Below are positions 35,723 through 38,194 of a stretch of 38,194 bases of DNA, piece after piece; the first letter of the stretch is position 1; the number at the start of each line of letters is the position of its first letter. The notes beneath the pieces were generated by a model. The model did no database searches and was not told the DNA's origin. It was given only the letters and a program-made list of their open reading frames with translations. The DNA lies in the IMG/VR virus record IMGVR_UViG_3300027804_000013, positions 1 to 38,194 of that record. One strand, given 5' to 3'. Source of the DNA: a virus. Its lineage: Duplodnaviria > Caudoviricetes. A program made the position numbers and the translations under genes.

Positions 35723-38194
35723 ATGGCTGTCTACAACCCTCGTCTCGATATGTCCCGTCAAGTCGGGGCTTCTCCGCAGGTTCAGAATCTGCGGGGCATC
35801 CTTGCTCAACAAGCCGAACAGGTTCAAGGCGGTGTTCGTCGGCGGGACATGTTTGCCCAGTCTGCTGCCGAAGCACGCCAACCTGACCTTGGTGGATGGA
35901 AGGGGTTCCTGACTGATGTTCTGGAATCGCCGTTCGGCAAGGTCGTCACTAAGGCTGGCGAGATCATCTCTGTTCCGAACAGGTTTATTGTTTCGGGTGT
36001 CCGTGAGATTGTCGACGCACTTGACGGTGACGAGAACACGAATGCGTCGTGGGGTGACCTGACACGCCAAACGCTCGACCCAACCTTCGGGTTCGGTAGA
36101 GCGTTTGTTAGCCCGACTGGCAACAAGTGGGTTGACCGCATCATCGGCTTTGCAGGCGATGTTGCACTCGACCCTCTTACCTATGTCACGCTTGGTGCAG
36201 GCAGTATTTCGAAGGGCATGAAGGCTCTCGACGAGGCAGGCAATGTCATCAAGGGTGCCAAGGGCGTGTCGGTCGCTGGCAAGGAAGGCAGGCTTGCTCT
36301 TTCCAAGCGCCTTCTTGAGATCGGCGCCCCCGACGACGTTGCTGTGAATGCGGCACGCTATGGGCGTGTAGCAGTCAAGGACGCTGACCTTCTTGCCAAG
36401 GCTGGCGTAAATCGTGCGGGCCTGTACTTCATGGGTCGCCGTGTTGCTGGCACCACTCGTGTCGGTGAGGGTCTTGAGCGTGGTTTGGTGACGATGCGTA
36501 CGTGGAGCGGAGATCATCTGTTCAAGCGTGCATCAGAGTTGTTTGATCCCCGTGATGTCGCCGCCGCACGTCGTGCGTTGGCTCGTGGCACCGTCGACAC
36601 CGAGAATGGTGTCGACTTCTTGCACATGGTTGTGTCTCGCAACACGGAACGTGCTGCTGAAGGTGCCGCTAAGAGGCAAGCCCAGTTGTTGCAACGACAG
36701 TTGTTGGGTGCGATCAGCGAGAACGATTTGCGTGATACTCGTAAGACTGCCTACAAGTTGTTGGATATGGCTGGCCCTGAGGCGTTGCAGCAGGTGTCTG
36801 CTGACGCTCGTGTTGCTGGGCCTGTCCGTGATTTCTTGCAGCAGTTGATTGATGGTATCGAGGGTGCTGCTAAGGCTGTTGATGAGGCTGCGCCTGTTGG
36901 TCGTGTGACGAACTATTTCCCGCACTTGCCGACCAACGATGCGTATCGGTTCATGTCGAACACGGAGAATCCGACTGCAGTCAAGTTGCAGTCGTTGTTG
37001 TACAACCCGTTGACTGACGAGGGCACCTATCGTGCCCGTATGGTGGCAGGTGACGAGTTCTTCGGCTACACGTTGAAGCAGTCCGATATTGATGGTGGCA
37101 TCGATCGTCTGAATGAGATCGCTGCCCAGTATGGCAAGATCAAGTTCGATTTCTTTGAGAAGGATCTGCCTACGGTTCTTGACCGATACATCGACATGTA
37201 TGCGGCCCAGATGGGCAAGATTGCTCGCAAGAAGTATCTCGTCGACAAGGGTGTGTTCAAGCGTCTTGAGGAGCGTCTGCTTGTCAATGATGATGCTGTC
37301 AAGGCTGCTAAGGAAGCGTTGAAGAATGCGGTGAAGGCACGCAAGACTGCGATGACTCAGTCTGCGAAGAATCTGGAGTCTTTGAATAAGCAGTTGGACA
37401 CGATGCTTGGTGCTCGTGTCGCCAGTATTGGTGATGAGATTGCGGGGATGACGGATGAGGCGAAGCGTGTTCTTGCTGATACGACTGTGTCTCGTCAGGC
37501 TGTTTTCACGGCTCAGCGTACTCTTGGGACTCTGATTGATGAGTTGACTTTGCATCAGGACTCTCTCGCTAAACTTGTTGGTGAGCGTCCTGCGATTCTC
37601 GAGTCGCTTGAGAACGAGTACACACGTATCATTGATGATCTCAAGGAACTGCAGGAGCAGTCTGGCGAGATCATGCAGTTGCGTGGTGATGTTCGTGGAC
37701 GTCTGGATGATGTGCAGAAACGTTTGCAGGGTCTTGAGAGGATGCAGGACAGGCTTGTCGAGTTCGGTGATGTTGTGCAGGCACGGTGGGATGACATCAT
37801 GTCTGGTGCTGATCTTCCGAATGCGAAGCAGTTCTCACAGGATTTGCGTAAAGCAATGTTTGGTGATGTTCGTGTTGGCGATGCACGACGACTTGGTGCG
37901 GCTGCACGAAAGGGCGAAGCCGCCGCACCGAAGGTTGCACAACTTACGCCGATAGAAGCGGCAAAGAGTGCGGGACTTCAGAAGGAACTTCAAACAATTG
38001 AAAACTCGTTTACTGAAGCGCTGCTGAAAGAACATAAAGAACTGCTTGGAAGCACAGACGAAGTCCTAGCCAAGAAATCTATTGAAGAGATCGAGGACGA
38101 CGTATTTGGTTTCTTGTTGAAGAGAGCCGACGAAACTCGTTCCAACATCGACGAACAGCGGACATTCACAAGCAGGTTCAATAGGCTGTCTGAG
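35723..38194 (+). CDS. N-terminal part of the giant virion/ejection protein (continues at the window start)
   Basis: Open frame MAVYNPRLDMS... with GDVALDPLTYV and NYFPH motifs. It has no stop before the window end, so the ORF track missed it. Confidence 0.85.
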   Translation, partial: MAVYNPRLDMSRQVGASPQVQNLRGILAQQAEQVQGGVRRRDMFAQSAAEARQPDLGGWKGFLTDVLESPFGKVVTKAGEIISVPNRFIVSGVREIVDALDGDENTNASWGDLTRQTLDPTFGFGRAFVSPTGNKWVDRIIGFAGDVALDPLTYVTLGAGSISKGMKALDEAGNVIKGAKGVSVAGKEGRLALSKRLLEIGAPDDVAVNAARYGRVAVKDADLLAKAGVNRAGLYFMGRRVAGTTRVGEGLERGLVTMRTWSGDHLFKRASELFDPRDVAAARRALARGTVDTENGVDFLHMVVSRNTERAAEGAAKRQAQLLQRQLLGAISENDLRDTRKTAYKLLDMAGPEALQQVSADARVAGPVRDFLQQLIDGIEGAAKAVDEAAPVGRVTNYFPHLPTNDAYRFMSNTENPTAVKLQSLLYNPLTDEGTYRARMVAGDEFFGYTLKQSDIDGGIDRLNEIAAQYGKIKFDFFEKDLPTVLDRYIDMYAAQMGKIARKKYLVDKGVFKRLEERLLVNDDAVKAAKEALKNAVKARKTAMTQSAKNLESLNKQLDTMLGARVASIGDEIAGMTDEAKRVLADTTVSRQAVFTAQRTLGTLIDELTLHQDSLAKLVGERPAILESLENEYTRIIDDLKELQEQSGEIMQLRGDVRGRLDDVQKRLQGLERMQDRLVEFGDVVQARWDDIMSGADLPNAKQFSQDLRKAMFGDVRVGDARRLGAAARKGEAAAPKVAQLTPIEAAKSAGLQKELQTIENSFTEALLKEHKELLGSTDEVLAKKSIEEIEDDVFGFLLKRADETRSNIDEQRTFTSRFNRLSE
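38068..38194. repeat. Terminal direct repeat copy 2
   Basis: Identical to nt 1-127. Confidence 0.95.

Overview
Complete, circularly assembled genome of a lytic, podovirus-like tailed phage. Unit length is 38,067 bp: nt 1-127 repeat nt 38068-38194, most likely an assembler k-mer overlap. The host is probably a high-GC actinobacterium (inference). A rightward late arm (20.7 kb across the join to 7.08 kb) encodes terminases, holin-like proteins, portal, scaffold, major capsid protein, tail adaptor and nozzle, two fibres, three putative ejection proteins, a ~2,981-aa giant virion protein spanning the join, and an M15-type endolysin. A leftward arm (20.5 to 7.05 kb) carries small early genes (Gp88-like, DUF932), a replication module (Cas4-like exonuclease, DnaB-like helicase, AEP primase, RusA) and a sigma-region-4/DUF1599 fusion. 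I saw no integrase, DNA polymerase or tRNA. The most striking signal is non-coding: most spacers of the early operon carry a structured RNA element on the mRNA strand. These are a complete type II hammerhead ribozyme, two copies of an unrecognised covarying leader with a tRNA-elbow-like domain, four copies of a CUGAAAYG/CGUUUCAG hairpin, and long G-U-containing stems. Late genes share a compact GTAAC-N15-T-purine motif placed directly before Shine-Dalgarno-less start codons.
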